Assembly: GCF_000143415.4 (NCBI RefSeq)
Contig: NW_003314371.1
Location: 327,380 to 391,379 of the forward strand
DNA length: 64,000 nucleotides
Direction of reading: 5' to 3'
From: Selaginella moellendorffii
Taxonomy: Eukaryota; Plantae; Lycopodiophyta
The notes beneath the pieces were generated by a model. That model was given only the letters and a program-made list of their open reading frames with translations. It did no database searches and had not been told where the DNA came from. Both the position numbers and the translations under genes were made by a program. Of the stretch, positions 35,001-46,103 are shown in pieces (the first letter of the stretch is position 1; every line of letters begins with the position of its first letter).

Positions 35001-35957
35001 GCCTTTCTTTGCTCAACTTCCTCGTATTTGAGTTCAGGTGGCAAGGCTTTCGAAAGAACTGGAGGCGTTGAAACGGAAGCTCGAGGACGAGTGCAAAGCG
35101 TTCGCCCAGAAGGCGGAAGCGTTACAAGGCAACCTTGCAGCGGTGGCTGCGCAACGCCGCTTATCCGAGGCGCTAAGGCTGAAAGACAGCGTGCGCCTCA
35201 AAGGTACTATGTCATTTCTCCCTGTTTCTTTACAGCCATGCGTGGTTTCTCAGGATCTCCCGGACCGCCAGCTCCGGCAAGCGTGTGGCACAACTCCGTC
35301 ATGGACTTCGCCGCCATCGCGGGCGCCAACTCGCGGCCGCAAGCTCTGGCCGGCTCCTCCTCTCCAATGGCCGCGATCTACAACACGCAGCATGGGATAC
35401 TCAGAGTCCCAGGGCAGCACTTTGGCCAGCAGCAGCATCCTCAGCAGGTGATGGTCTTCCCGCCGCCATCGCCAACCAACGCGACACGAGCTCCAGATCT
35501 CCTCCGGCCAATCTCTCCCAGCTTCGCCACCCCAGCAACGCAGCAGACGCATCACCATACGAGGCTCCAGTTCGTGCCAGTCTCAGCTTCTACGATGATG
35601 ATGACGAGTCCAGCAGTAGCACCGCCTTCTCCCACGGTGGTGGCCACGACTCAAGAGCTCATGAACGCCCGCGTCAGCTCGCAGGTAATGTACAGGAACA
35701 TAAGCGAGAACCTGCGGCTGTCCTGGTTGAACCAGGCTCACACAGGGACAGGCGGCGGCGGCGGTAGCTTTAGTAACACAGGAGTAGTACCAGCTGCCGC
35801 GGTCACTGACGTAGCTGTGGATCACGCGGCTCAAGCTAGCGCCAGTTCTGTAGCACGAGTTCTAGCCGGAGGCAACGCATTTATCGCCCAGCACCCTCTG
35901 GACTCCCGGGTGAGCTTGGGACACGCTGACTACATCTGCTTATCAGACGAGGAGTAG
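29020..35957 (+). CDS. MOM1: MOM1-like CHD3-derived silencing factor: CW finger, PHD, 2 chromodomains, degenerate SNF2, CMM2 coiled coil, C-terminal SIM
   Basis: PHD (CQVC...YHFHCLVPPL...WYC), chromodomains (YYVKWRG; EWLVKWTQLGYEQSTWE), SNF2 remnants (CCSHPYL, ASGKL, YDSDWNP, VYRLYS..TVEEKIL), CMM2-like DPLSLEETRLQKEME, and terminal ICLSDEE like the MOM1 VCLSDD SIM. Confidence 0.85.
34240..34800 (+). repeat. Degenerate ASR/REEVP coding repeats in the MOM1 disordered region, including a near-perfect 48-bp duplication
   Basis: IAASRREEVPLTRDVA IAASGREEVPLTRDVS IAASGR, plus many PASR units. Confidence 0.8.
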
Positions 35958-36132
35958 GGAAAGAGAAAACTGTTCGAGTGACTTACTAGGAGAACACAAG
36001 GGGACATAGGAAAACGAACAAACGCTGTTCGCAATTTTGGCTTTTACACTTCTGGAAGACCTCTGAGCACGAGAGCGAGGTTTAGAGAAGATGTGACAAT
36101 AGTAGTAGTAAAAGAAGCTACGAACCTTTTCA

Positions 36133-38982
36133 CTAGCTGTCGTCTCCAGTGATCATGGCGTCTGCGTCCCTGTTTGCTGCAGCCATGGCTTCTACGTCGA
36201 CAAACTCGGTTGGATCTTGCTGTGCTACTCCTGCTGCTGATGATGGTGGCGATGAGGCATGCTGACTCCAAGCTGCCTGTTCTTGCGGTGTTTGTTCTTG
36301 TTGTCCGGCTTGGACAGCGCCTTGCTGGTTCCAGGAAGCGGGAGCGTGAGCGTGAGCTTCCCACGGTGCTGGAATGGGACGAGTTGCCGGAGGGAGGAGC
36401 TCCATGTACGAAGGCATTGCTGGATCGGCCGCTAGAGAGCCACTGCCGTTGAGAACTCTGGGACTGGACAGGGAGCCGCTCTTGCTGTACACGAGCTCCG
36501 TCCTGCCGGCGGAGTAGATGGCGGACGTCGTAGTTTCCGGGAGTCTCAGCTCGATTCCAAAGCCGCCGCCGCCGCCACCGCTGCCTCCGCCATCTTGCTC
36601 CATCCCGCCAGGCGAGCCGTTTTCGTAGCACCCCTGTGGCAGCTCGGCAACGCCGACGCCACCACCTTCAAATGCGTCCTTTTTCTGCCTCTTCCACCGC
36701 TTGGTCGACGAAGTACCGTCGTCCTCAAAGTCCTCTTCGCTCCTCTCCGTGTGGAGGTAGAGCCAGAGCTTCCTCTCGCCGTCGTAGCGTACGCACGGAT
36801 CTCTCTCGTAGTGAAGCCTGTCCAAGGCACCACTCACCACCTGGTGAACTTGAGCCTCGGAAACGTCCTCGACAACGAACTGTGAGTCCCGGATCAAGGC
36901 ACACACGTCCGCCCGTGTCCCCACGCCACCAGGAAGCCGAGCAGCAGCGTCCCTCACCAGGCACAGAATCGTGACGTGCGGAGGCCGGTCCGGCTTGAGC
37001 ATGGAATGGTCCCTGGCTTTGGAGTTCGGCTTTCCCCCGCCTCTTCTCAAAGGAGCCACCACCGACTTTTGCCCGTCCGAGCGCGTGTAAGCAAACGCCC
37101 GGTCTGGTACCGAGTAGCGAAGTATTTCCTCCTTCCGGAAGTAGGACCTCATGTCTTCCGAGCTCGGCGCGATGGTTATCAGACTCTTCTGCGCTCGCAT
37201 GTCCCTGAATCTCTCCCTCTCGTCCACGGCCGCCGAGGCAACCGGAGGCGGCGGAAGTTGCAACTGGACCATTTGCTGCCGAGTTTCTTCGCCGTGCTTG
37301 TACCACGTCGCAAACGCTTCTTCCAGCTTCGAAAGGATCTTGGACGGTACACCCCAGTCGTCCGCCAGCATGTTGCCAGACTCGTCCACAGATCCCTGGG
37401 GGCCGATCCAGTACCAAGACTTCGACTCCTTCTCGTAAGTCGTGAGCGGCTTCCACCCCTTGGCTCCAGCAGGAGCAATCTTGGATGATAGGACTTTCAA
37501 TGCTCCCCACGCTAAGTCTTGCAGTGGCTCCTGAGCCTGGAGGACTTTTCGATCCCCTGGATTTTCCTGCACTCTGCTGACAACCTCCGAGAAGGGAACG
37601 CAGAAAAAACCAGCTTTTGCTGCGCCATCGTCACTGCCGTTGTCATCAGTCGGACTCGACGGGCCACTGCTGGCATTCTTTGATAACGCTGCGTCAACGT
37701 TGGGGCCACTGTCCTTGGCCGGCGTCAGCAAAGCTCGCCTCAGAGCCGACAGGAACAAGATGATCGAAAATGGGAAGGTGACTCCCAGTTTCTTGATAAC
37801 CTTCGACTGTGGTGGAGATTCCGAAACCTCTTTCTCAGCCGCCACCTTTTTCTTCGTCTTCTTCTTCTGCTCTGCCTCCTCGTTCCCTGGCTCGGCCTTC
37901 GCCACTCCAACGTCCACAAGAGCTTGCATTCTCTGCTTTCCCGCACTGGAAGCCTTCTTGTCACTATCTTCCGAGCTCGTCATACTCTCATCCTCCCTGG
38001 TCCGCTTGGCCACCGAAGCCCTCTCCACATTCGACTTCCTCTTCTTCTCGCCACTCGTCAGCGAGGAGCTTGTATTCCCGCCACCACCACCACCACTGTC
38101 ATTTCCAAAGGCCTCCGGATCATCCGAGACTGGAGACGCCGCGTTCTCAGCCTTCCCAGGAACAGACTTCTTCACAACACCACCTTTGGAGGCAGCTCTC
38201 CCAGCCTTTGCTAAGCCCGGCTTAGCTACAGCTCCCTTCGCTACCATCCTCGTGTTTCCATGCACAGCTTCAGCCACTGGCTCGGCAGCCTTGCTCTTCA
38301 ACGCATCCTTCACTGTCTCGGGCATCTTCGCCTTCTGGACAGCCTTGAAAGTCTTCTCAGCCACCTTTGGGAGCTGCGGCTTCACCTTGGTGTCCTTCCA
38401 CTTCCTCCAAATCTCTAGCCTCCCCTCGATCTCCACGTCCGGATACTCCTCCCACAGCTTTTGCATCTCCACGAACGAGCTCACCATGGAATTGTGGTAC
38501 TTTCTCAGCAGCTGGTAGTGCTCTTTCCTCTGGAGACACTTAATCCCGTCCGAGTACTGCACCACATTGGGCTGGCAATGTCCTCCTTTCAAGCTCTCGA
38601 ACAACTGGGCCATTGGATTCCCGAAGAAGATATTGCTAGTGCCCGAGAGAAGCTCCTTGAGCGTCGTCGCAAATGCCTCCTGGTCGATCTCCGGGGGCAT
38701 GAAAGCCATGAGCTGCTCCCTCTCCTCCTCGGACAAGTAGAAATTCCAAGTCTCCAGGGACAAAATGTTCTTCAAGTCGGGAAGATCGAACAGCTCGAAC
38801 GGGAAGCTGGCGATGGATTCCCCGACCTGGCAAGTCTCCATACCCTTGTCCGAGAGCTCCGATTCCGTAGAAACCTCCGAATCCTCGAGCTTCACCGCCA
38901 GCATTCTCCGGGGCGCAGTGGCGCCGGCATCGCTCGACGATCTAGCACCGCCAGCCCTGTGATTGTTGGCGAGAATCGCCAT
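36133..38982 (-). CDS. NFRKB: NFRKB-like INO80 complex subunit (DEUBAD plus winged helix), intronless, 949 aa
   Basis: ILSLETWNFYLSEEEREQLMAFMP...IFFGNP, FRKEEILRYSVPDRAF, KARDHSMLKPDRPPHVTILCLVRDAAARLPGGVGTRAD and SGALDRLHYERDPCV. Confidence 0.92.
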   Translation of the reverse strand: MAILANNHRAGGARSSSDAGATAPRRMLAVKLEDSEVSTESELSDKGMETCQVGESIASFPFELFDLPDLKNILSLETWNFYLSEEEREQLMAFMPPEIDQEAFATTLKELLSGTSNIFFGNPMAQLFESLKGGHCQPNVVQYSDGIKCLQRKEHYQLLRKYHNSMVSSFVEMQKLWEEYPDVEIEGRLEIWRKWKDTKVKPQLPKVAEKTFKAVQKAKMPETVKDALKSKAAEPVAEAVHGNTRMVAKGAVAKPGLAKAGRAASKGGVVKKSVPGKAENAASPVSDDPEAFGNDSGGGGGGNTSSSLTSGEKKRKSNVERASVAKRTREDESMTSSEDSDKKASSAGKQRMQALVDVGVAKAEPGNEEAEQKKKTKKKVAAEKEVSESPPQSKVIKKLGVTFPFSIILFLSALRRALLTPAKDSGPNVDAALSKNASSGPSSPTDDNGSDDGAAKAGFFCVPFSEVVSRVQENPGDRKVLQAQEPLQDLAWGALKVLSSKIAPAGAKGWKPLTTYEKESKSWYWIGPQGSVDESGNMLADDWGVPSKILSKLEEAFATWYKHGEETRQQMVQLQLPPPPVASAAVDERERFRDMRAQKSLITIAPSSEDMRSYFRKEEILRYSVPDRAFAYTRSDGQKSVVAPLRRGGGKPNSKARDHSMLKPDRPPHVTILCLVRDAAARLPGGVGTRADVCALIRDSQFVVEDVSEAQVHQVVSGALDRLHYERDPCVRYDGERKLWLYLHTERSEEDFEDDGTSSTKRWKRQKKDAFEGGGVGVAELPQGCYENGSPGGMEQDGGGSGGGGGGFGIELRLPETTTSAIYSAGRTELVYSKSGSLSSPRVLNGSGSLAADPAMPSYMELLPPATRPIPAPWEAHAHAPASWNQQGAVQAGQQEQTPQEQAAWSQHASSPPSSAAGVAQQDPTEFVDVEAMAAANRDADAMITGDDS

Positions 38983-39180
38983 TTTCTCTACATCTACCTG
39001 AGCTCCACTCGCCTCCTCGATTTCTCCACTGGAGCCCTAGCTCCTAACGAACCGGGTTAGGGCTTGAGCGCCCAAAGGAATGATGACGTGGCGCTCGCCA
39101 GGCCGTTGGATCGGCCACTCCTTCTCCCTCCTCCCGGAAAGATCTTCCGCGAATGGTGCAAGCCTTCTTCCTCCTCCCGG

Positions 39181-40797
39181 ATGATTAGAACAGAGTCCAA
39201 GAGAAAGAGGAAGCTCGCCAGCGGCGCTGCCAGCAATCTCGAGTGGATTCTCGCCGTAAACGCGAATCGACAGCCCGATCTCGACACCGCTAGCTGCGCC
39301 GACCTCATCGCGGCCTGTGGAGCGGCCAGAGATCTCAATCGCGGCAAGCGCATCCGCGATTCCATCATCCAGAGGAGCCCAGCGCTGCGAGAATGCGCCT
39401 ACCTCTCTACCCGCCTGATCGAGATGTTTGGGCAGTGCGAGAGCGTGGAGGACGCGCGCAGGGCTTTCGACTCCATGGCTGGCCGGGACAAATACTCGTG
39501 GAACGCGCTCCTTCAGGCATATGCCCGGAATGGGCATCTGGAGAGCGCCAAGAATCTCTTCGACCGGATGCCACACAGGGATATTTACACATGGACGGCG
39601 ATGATGAACGCATCCGCGCAATCCGGACAGTTCCAGCTATCCACATTTCTTTTCAACCAGATGCCGTCTAGGGACATCGTTCCATGGACGGTGTTTATCA
39701 CTGCACTTGCCAAGACCGGGGATATTCCTAAAGCTGGGGAATTACACCAAAAGATGCCCCAATGGAGCATTTTCTCTTCCACGGCGCTAATCTCTGCATA
39801 CACGGAGAAGGGTTACGTTTCCCAAGCTAGAGAAATTTTTGATACTATGCCATACAAGACCGTCGTAACATGGAACGCTATGGTAACAGCCTATGCCGCA
39901 AACCGGCATATTGTTGACGCCAAGTGGGTGTTTGACAGTGCCACGGAGAGGAACGTAGTGACGTGGACTGTCCTCGTGGCGGGACTTGCGGAGTTTGGCC
40001 ATGCTGACGAGGCTGCCGGGATGCTGGAAAAAATGCCACGTAGAGACACCGTGACTTGGAATGCCGTGATGGCAGCATTTGCCCGTCAAGGGCATTTGGA
40101 TCAAGCACAGAAACTATTTGAAAAGATGCCCGAGAAGAACACTGTGTCTTACAATGAGGTTCTGGCAGCATTGATCGAGCAAAACCGGATGGACGAGGCC
40201 AAGAGATTTCTCGAGAGGATCCCAGATCCAGACGTGATCTCATGGACGACGCTGCTAGCAGGATTTGCCCGTTTGGGGCATCTGGGCGAAGCTCAAGCTC
40301 TCTTCGATCGGATGCCGCTACAAAACGTGGTTTCGTGGACTACCATGGTCGCGGCCTATGCCAGAAACGATCGCGCAAGCGACGCAGTGGAGATCTTCCA
40401 GTCTATGGATCTGGAAGGGATCAAACACGACGAGGTAACGTTCTTGGACATCCTCACGGCGTGCGCGCATCTCGGCCTCGTCGATCATACCCGGTTCTTC
40501 TTCCTGTCAATGTGCCAGAACCGAGGCATCGATCCGCTGCTCCACCACTACCTCTGCGTTGTGGACGCTCTCTCTCGCGCCGGGAGGCTGGGAGAGGCCG
40601 AGGAGCTTCTCTGGAGCATGCCTTTCGAGCCCGAGACCGAGGCGTGGACGACACTGCTGGGAGCTTGCCGGATCCACGGCGACGCCGATCGTGGAGCTCG
40701 GATCGGGCTTCTGATCCTCGAGCTCAATCGCGATCGAGAAGCCCATCGAGGAGCACCTTACATGCTCCTGTTTGGAATCCATGCCGAGGGAACGTAA
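39181..40797 (+). CDS. PLS-class PPR protein ending in an E domain (no DYW)
   Basis: Tandem ~31-aa motifs, then HYLCVVDALSRAGRLGEAE and WTTLLGACRIHGD. Confidence 0.93.
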   Translation: MIRTESKRKRKLASGAASNLEWILAVNANRQPDLDTASCADLIAACGAARDLNRGKRIRDSIIQRSPALRECAYLSTRLIEMFGQCESVEDARRAFDSMAGRDKYSWNALLQAYARNGHLESAKNLFDRMPHRDIYTWTAMMNASAQSGQFQLSTFLFNQMPSRDIVPWTVFITALAKTGDIPKAGELHQKMPQWSIFSSTALISAYTEKGYVSQAREIFDTMPYKTVVTWNAMVTAYAANRHIVDAKWVFDSATERNVVTWTVLVAGLAEFGHADEAAGMLEKMPRRDTVTWNAVMAAFARQGHLDQAQKLFEKMPEKNTVSYNEVLAALIEQNRMDEAKRFLERIPDPDVISWTTLLAGFARLGHLGEAQALFDRMPLQNVVSWTTMVAAYARNDRASDAVEIFQSMDLEGIKHDEVTFLDILTACAHLGLVDHTRFFFLSMCQNRGIDPLLHHYLCVVDALSRAGRLGEAEELLWSMPFEPETEAWTTLLGACRIHGDADRGARIGLLILELNRDREAHRGAPYMLLFGIHAEGT

Positions 40798-40806
40798 CCC
40801 GGATCA

Positions 40807-42339
40807 TCAAAAGGTGGCGGTCTTGGTTCCTCCATAGATGTTGGAGAGAAGAACATAGCTTGGAGCACAGCCAGGATCCAGCGCCAGTATGATTGTCTCA
40901 ATCCTTGCCGCGCGCTTGGAGTCCCGGTGGATCTTGCAACCCGCTAGGAGCGTCGTCCAGGTGATGATCTGGGGGACGAAGGGCATGGAGTTGACGAGCT
41001 CCTCAGCAGCGTCCATTCTCCCAGCACGCCCAAGAACGTCGATCACGCAGTGGTAGTGCTCCAGGATTGGGGTCACGCCGCGGTCCAGGATCATCCACAG
41101 GAACTGCTGGACGCTCTCCTTGACGAGCCCCGTGTGGCTATGCGCCGTGAGGACGCTCACGTATGTGATCTCGTTGGGCCGCGACGATCCATCCTGCTCC
41201 ATGACCTTGAAGAGATCGAGAGCTGCAAGGAACTCGCCGCTCTGGACGTATGCCGCCAGCATCGCGTTCCAGGAGATAACGTTACGATCCGGCATGGAAT
41301 CGAAGAGCTTCCGAGCTTGCAGCAAATGCCCCTTTTGAGCATACGCTGCAAAGATCGCGGTCCAGGAGACCACATTGCGATCTCGCATTGTATCAAAGAG
41401 GTTCTTAGCCTGTTCCAAGTTTTGGGTGTTGACATAGAGCTGGATCATGGAATTCACAGCTTGGAGGTCCTGTTCCGGCATTTCAAGAAAGAGGTTTTGT
41501 GCTTGTAGCCAATGCCCACACTGGGCAAATGCGGTGACCATAATTGTCCAAGCTATCACAGTTCTTCCCGGCATGGCATCGAAAATTCGCTTAGACTCCT
41601 CTACTCTCCTGTGCTGCGCATGGATCTGGAGGAGCGCCGTCCAGGAGATCGAATTCCTCTCGCCCATGATCTCAAACAGCGCTCGCGCCTCGCCAAGATG
41701 CCCATTTTGGGCAAATCCCACCATCATCGTCGTCCACGACGCCCCATCCTGATAAGGCATTCGCTCAAACACCGCCACAGCCTCTAGGGTTCTTCCAGTG
41801 CCCATGAATGCCGCGCACAGCGCGTTCCACGACACGAGATTCCGGCGCTCCATGCTCGCGAAGAGGCGGCGCGATTCCCCCAGGCGGCCGCGCTGGGCAT
41901 TGGCCGTGATGAGCGAGTTCCACGACACCAGATCCCTGTCGGGCGAGCTCTCCAGCATCTCGTGCGCGCGATCGAGGTCGCCGTTGATCGCGTAGGCGTG
42001 CGTGATGATGTTCCAGGAGAATCGATTGGGCGCCGCGATGCCGTCGAACACCATGCGCGCCTCGTCCACGCTGCCGCACCGGCTGTACATCTCGATGAGG
42101 AGATTCGCGAGGTAGCGATTGGCGTGGTGCTCGCCCTGCCGGATCCGCGCGTGGAGCTTCCGCCCCTCGGCGATGTCCTTGGCCCTGCCGCAGATCTTGA
42201 CAAGCTCCGCCAGGGACTGCACGATTCTCCCCATTGCTCGCCATGCTCCCCAAGAACACCAAACGAATCTGGGCCGTCTATTCTCAAGAACACCGCGAAT
42301 CCGAGCCGTCCATTTTGAAAGGAAGGGGCCGAGCACCAT
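40807..42339 (-). CDS. PLS-class PPR protein ending in an E domain (no DYW)
   Basis: Tandem PPR motifs, HYHCVIDVLGRAG, WTTLLAGCKIH and YVLLSNIY. Confidence 0.93.
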   Translation of the reverse strand: MVLGPFLSKWTARIRGVLENRRPRFVWCSWGAWRAMGRIVQSLAELVKICGRAKDIAEGRKLHARIRQGEHHANRYLANLLIEMYSRCGSVDEARMVFDGIAAPNRFSWNIITHAYAINGDLDRAHEMLESSPDRDLVSWNSLITANAQRGRLGESRRLFASMERRNLVSWNALCAAFMGTGRTLEAVAVFERMPYQDGASWTTMMVGFAQNGHLGEARALFEIMGERNSISWTALLQIHAQHRRVEESKRIFDAMPGRTVIAWTIMVTAFAQCGHWLQAQNLFLEMPEQDLQAVNSMIQLYVNTQNLEQAKNLFDTMRDRNVVSWTAIFAAYAQKGHLLQARKLFDSMPDRNVISWNAMLAAYVQSGEFLAALDLFKVMEQDGSSRPNEITYVSVLTAHSHTGLVKESVQQFLWMILDRGVTPILEHYHCVIDVLGRAGRMDAAEELVNSMPFVPQIITWTTLLAGCKIHRDSKRAARIETIILALDPGCAPSYVLLSNIYGGTKTATF

Positions 42340-42490
42340 GGAAAAAGCCCTAGAAGCGGGAGACTAGCTCACGGCCGGCATGGAGGTAACGCGTCGTATT
42401 CTCGTTCTTTGCAGGGTGAGGGTGATCTCCCACTATTCCAGCACAGTGCTTCCAGGATTCCATGATCGATCTTCTTTCTTCTCATCCGCC

Positions 42491-44324
42491 ATGACGGTCG
42501 TCAGGAGCAAATCCTTCGGCGGCTTTGCCTGCAAGGAGACTAAGGTCGAAATCCCAGATCAGCAGCAGGATGACGAGCTCTCGCGGCTGATTTCTCCTTC
42601 GGAATCCTTCTCCTTCGGCCACCAGCAACAGAGGCGGCGGAGGAGTCCGAGCAGCGAATTCTCGGGCCAGATCCAGTCGCAGCATTCGTTCCGCGAGGAT
42701 GTCTCTCACGCAGCATCCGAGACATATCTTCTTACCAGGCTCACGTTCAAGCTCTTGAGATACTTGGGGTAAAGTATAGCGTTTTCATTGGTTTCTTCTT
42801 TCTCTTCATCTTTTCTAACTTCTAGATCCCAGGATTGGCTATCGATGGATGGTGAAATTCATTGCCTTGAGCCTGTACGCTACCTTTCTTATGCCAGGAT
42901 TTATTCAAGGTAGCTCATTCAATCTTTCTTCTTCATTTTTTTTTCTCTGCGCTAAAATCTGGCTTTTCTTTGAGTTTTTTTATAGTTTCTTGGTACTATT
43001 ACTTCTCAAAGCGAGTACATAGAAGCATCGTGTATGGTGATCAGCCGAGAAACAGGTGAGAGTTTCAGTTCTCGTTTTTCCTTGATTATAGCATTTTGGT
43101 TGTAGATTGGACCTTTACTTACCAGAGAAAACTGACGGATCTAAGCCTGCAGTGGCTTTCGTTACTGGTGGCGCGTGGATTATCGGGTTGGCCTTCACCC
43201 CTTTTCTTACACGTGGAGCTGATAACTTTTACAGATACAAAGCGTGGGGAGCTCTTCTGGGTCGTCAGCTTGTCGACAGAGGGGTAATTGTTGCGTGTAT
43301 AGATTACAGGTCAATCTTCTATGGTTTAAAACATAAAAAAAACAAGTTCTGATTCTTGTTGTTTGATTGAACAGGAACTTTCCTCAAGGTGGGATAAGTG
43401 ACATGGTTGCCGATGTATCAACGGCACTTTCGTTTTTCTGCAATAACATTTCGAGCTATGGTGGGAATGTAGACAGGTAATTTGCTCCCTATCCATGCAT
43501 AATAGTCTAATTTTTTTTTTTCTGCGTGGCATAGGCTGTATCTAGCTGGTCAATCTGCTGGCGCACACATTGCTTCCTGCGCTCTCGTCAACCAGGCTAG
43601 GAAAGAGGCCATCCACGGAAAATGCAATCTTTTGTGGAGTGCCACCCAGTTCAAGGCCTTCTTTGGCATATCTGGAGGATACAATCTTTTCAAGCTTGTA
43701 GATCACTTTCATAATCGAGGCCTGTACAGATCGCTCTTTCTGAGGTAAGTGCTTTCCGCTTTCTTCACTTCAAAGTTAAATCTCTGATGCCTTGGTTTTT
43801 AATCCAGTGTAATGGAAGGGGAAGGATCGTTAGCACAGCATTCTCCGGAAATAGTTGTTAGCAGCAGAGAATTTCAGCCGGCCGTGCCTTTGCTACCGAC
43901 CATGGTTTTGTGCCATGGGACGGCCGACTACTCAATTCCTCACAGCTCGAGGTACGCATTGCTCCTTACTGGAGAAAAACTCACTTTTATTTTTTATTTT
44001 TTCCTTTCTGCTGGATTGCAGTGTTAGCTTTGCCGAGGCACTAGGACGTGTAAATGCGAATGTGGTCACTAATTTTTACAAGGACAAGACCCACACCGAC
44101 ATCATCATACAGGTAGGCCTCTCTTTCGATTGTTTCCCGATGGCACGAAGCGATTACCGAATGCATTCCAGGACCCAATGCGTGGGGGCAAAGATGAGCT
44201 TCTTTACGACATACTCGAGGTGATATACCGAGACAACGAGGCCGAGGTTGATCGAGGGCGGCTGGATAGACGGATGCTGCCAGAGATTTTGCTCAAGCTC
44301 GCGAGGAAGGTGAGTCCCTTCTAG
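42491..44324 (+). CDS. ICME: Isoprenylcysteine alpha-carbonyl methylesterase-like alpha/beta hydrolase
   Basis: [43 protein letters not shown], nucleophile GQSAG, HGTAD, KTHTD and DPMRGG...LARKVSPF*. Confidence 0.93.
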
Positions 44325-44949
44325 CAGCACCTCCGTGATACATATGTACAATATACGATTGTATCTATCAAAGAAATCAATAGAGATGTTTGGTTTTCCT
44401 GGCGTCAAAGTGGCCCCCAAGCACTAGAAGTGAGGTAAATGCTCGCAGAATCTAGCACCACACGCATTTGAAAAAGAAGGAAGACGAAGGGTATGATTAT
44501 AGCGGCGTTGTGGGGGTGTTTTTTGATGACTATATGGGGTTTTTGGAACGACAGATACGTGACGAATGGTGATGAAAGCTGATCTTGGCAATAACTCTGT
44601 CAATTGGCCACTAGAGGCTTAGACACAATCAAGAAAAAAGGTGGAAGAAAAAAGTCACGCGGGACTTTTATGTCCAAGTCGCCGCTGCTACATGAAACCT
44701 CTCTCCACTTCCATTTTGCGTGTGTTTCTTGACAACACATTCCATTGTGCCAACTTTGAGGAGTTTCCAAGTTTCTCCTAGAAAGGCTTTCTGGAGCTAT
44801 GGTAAACAACGGCACAGCTGACGGGAGCAAAGCGTCACGTTTGGATGGATTTGCCTATAAATTGTGGCGACAAGGTGATCCAGATCATCATCCAGCCAAG
44901 CCGGCCTTCTCTAGTCGAGCAAAGCAAAACGAGCAAAGCCGAGAAGGAA

Positions 44950-46103
44950 ATGGCCGCGTTTTACAAGCTCGCGATTCTTGTTCTTCTTGTTTCTCTCGGC
45001 GCCACTGCCAATGCGAGGAAACGGAGTCCCAACAAGCCACCGGCGGTTCCCCCGATGGTCTTTGGCACCATCTTCTGCGACCGATGTATGGACAAGACCT
45101 TCTCGTTCACAACCATCGCCATTCCAAGTAAGTTATCTAATGTGTTCTTCCAAGAAGTTTGGAACTAGATTTGCTCTAACGCTCTTGCTTGATCACCAAA
45201 GACGTGACCGCGATCATCCAGTGCGGCGACTTCCAGGCATCCAACACCACCTCCGAGTTTGGCGTCTTCACCATCGCCCTCCCGGCGGAGGTGGCCAGCT
45301 CCCCGGCGAAGCTGGCGTCTTGCTCTGTCAAGGTGGCCAGCGATTTCTCCAGAGTCGAGGGCGATCTCGGCACTTGCAACACTCCCGTCAAGTTCCAGTT
45401 CCAGCCTTGGAGCCCGCCATCGCCACCATCGATGCCGGCATTTCAGTCGTCGCTCAAAATTGCCCGTCCATGGCCCTTCTACAGCGCTGGGCCTTTCTTC
45501 TTCCAGCCGCCGGAACCTCTTCCATCCTGCAACGAGAATCCTTTCCGCCATTCAAAACCAGCAGTAGCCGATGATCAGGGCTCGAGCGCGGCTCCCCCTC
45601 CACACCCTGCTTTTCCAGGATTTGGAAACTTCCCACCATTCTTTCCTGGAGCCATTCCTCCGACTGCCAACAAAGTCGCTCCTCCTCCACACCCTGCGTT
45701 CCCAGGATTTGGAAGCTTTCCGCCTTTCTTTCCTGGAGCGTTTCCTCCAGTAGATCACTCGACTGCCAGCAAAGTAGCTCCTCCTCCACACTCTGCGTTT
45801 CCAGGACTTGGATGGAACTTCCCACCATTCGTTCCTGGAGCATTTCCACCGGTAGATCATTCGACTGCCTTCAAAGTGGCTCCTCCTCCACACCCGGGAT
45901 TTGGATATCCTCTGAAACCAGCACCACACGGCTCCAACAAGGCGGCTCCTCCTCCATTTGCAAACTCTCCACCATCCTTTCCTGGAGCATTCCCTCCACA
46001 TCCAAGCTCCAGCAAACCAGGAAGCGCTCCGCCAACGCATGGATCTCACTCCACTCAAGCACCGCCACCTTTCCACGGAACCAAGAAGCATCATCACCCA
46101 TAA
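44950..46103 (+). CDS. Pollen Ole e 1/extensin-like proline-rich secreted protein, gene 1 copy A
   Basis: Signal peptide, GTIFCDRC, VTAIIQC, GVFTIAL and CSVKV; Pro/Phe-rich repeats; one intron 45128-45201; TATAAAT at 44856. Confidence 0.88.

Noticed and set aside
5748-44324. An 'ABA cluster' of PYL, ATE1 and ICME
   Set aside because: ICME is ~35 kb and about a dozen genes away; only the PYL-ATE1 adjacency is retained as a finding.
44400-44800. Conserved non-coding block as a possible ncRNA
   Set aside because: Similarity to 54780-55130 is explained by the segmental duplication; no box motifs or structure recognised.
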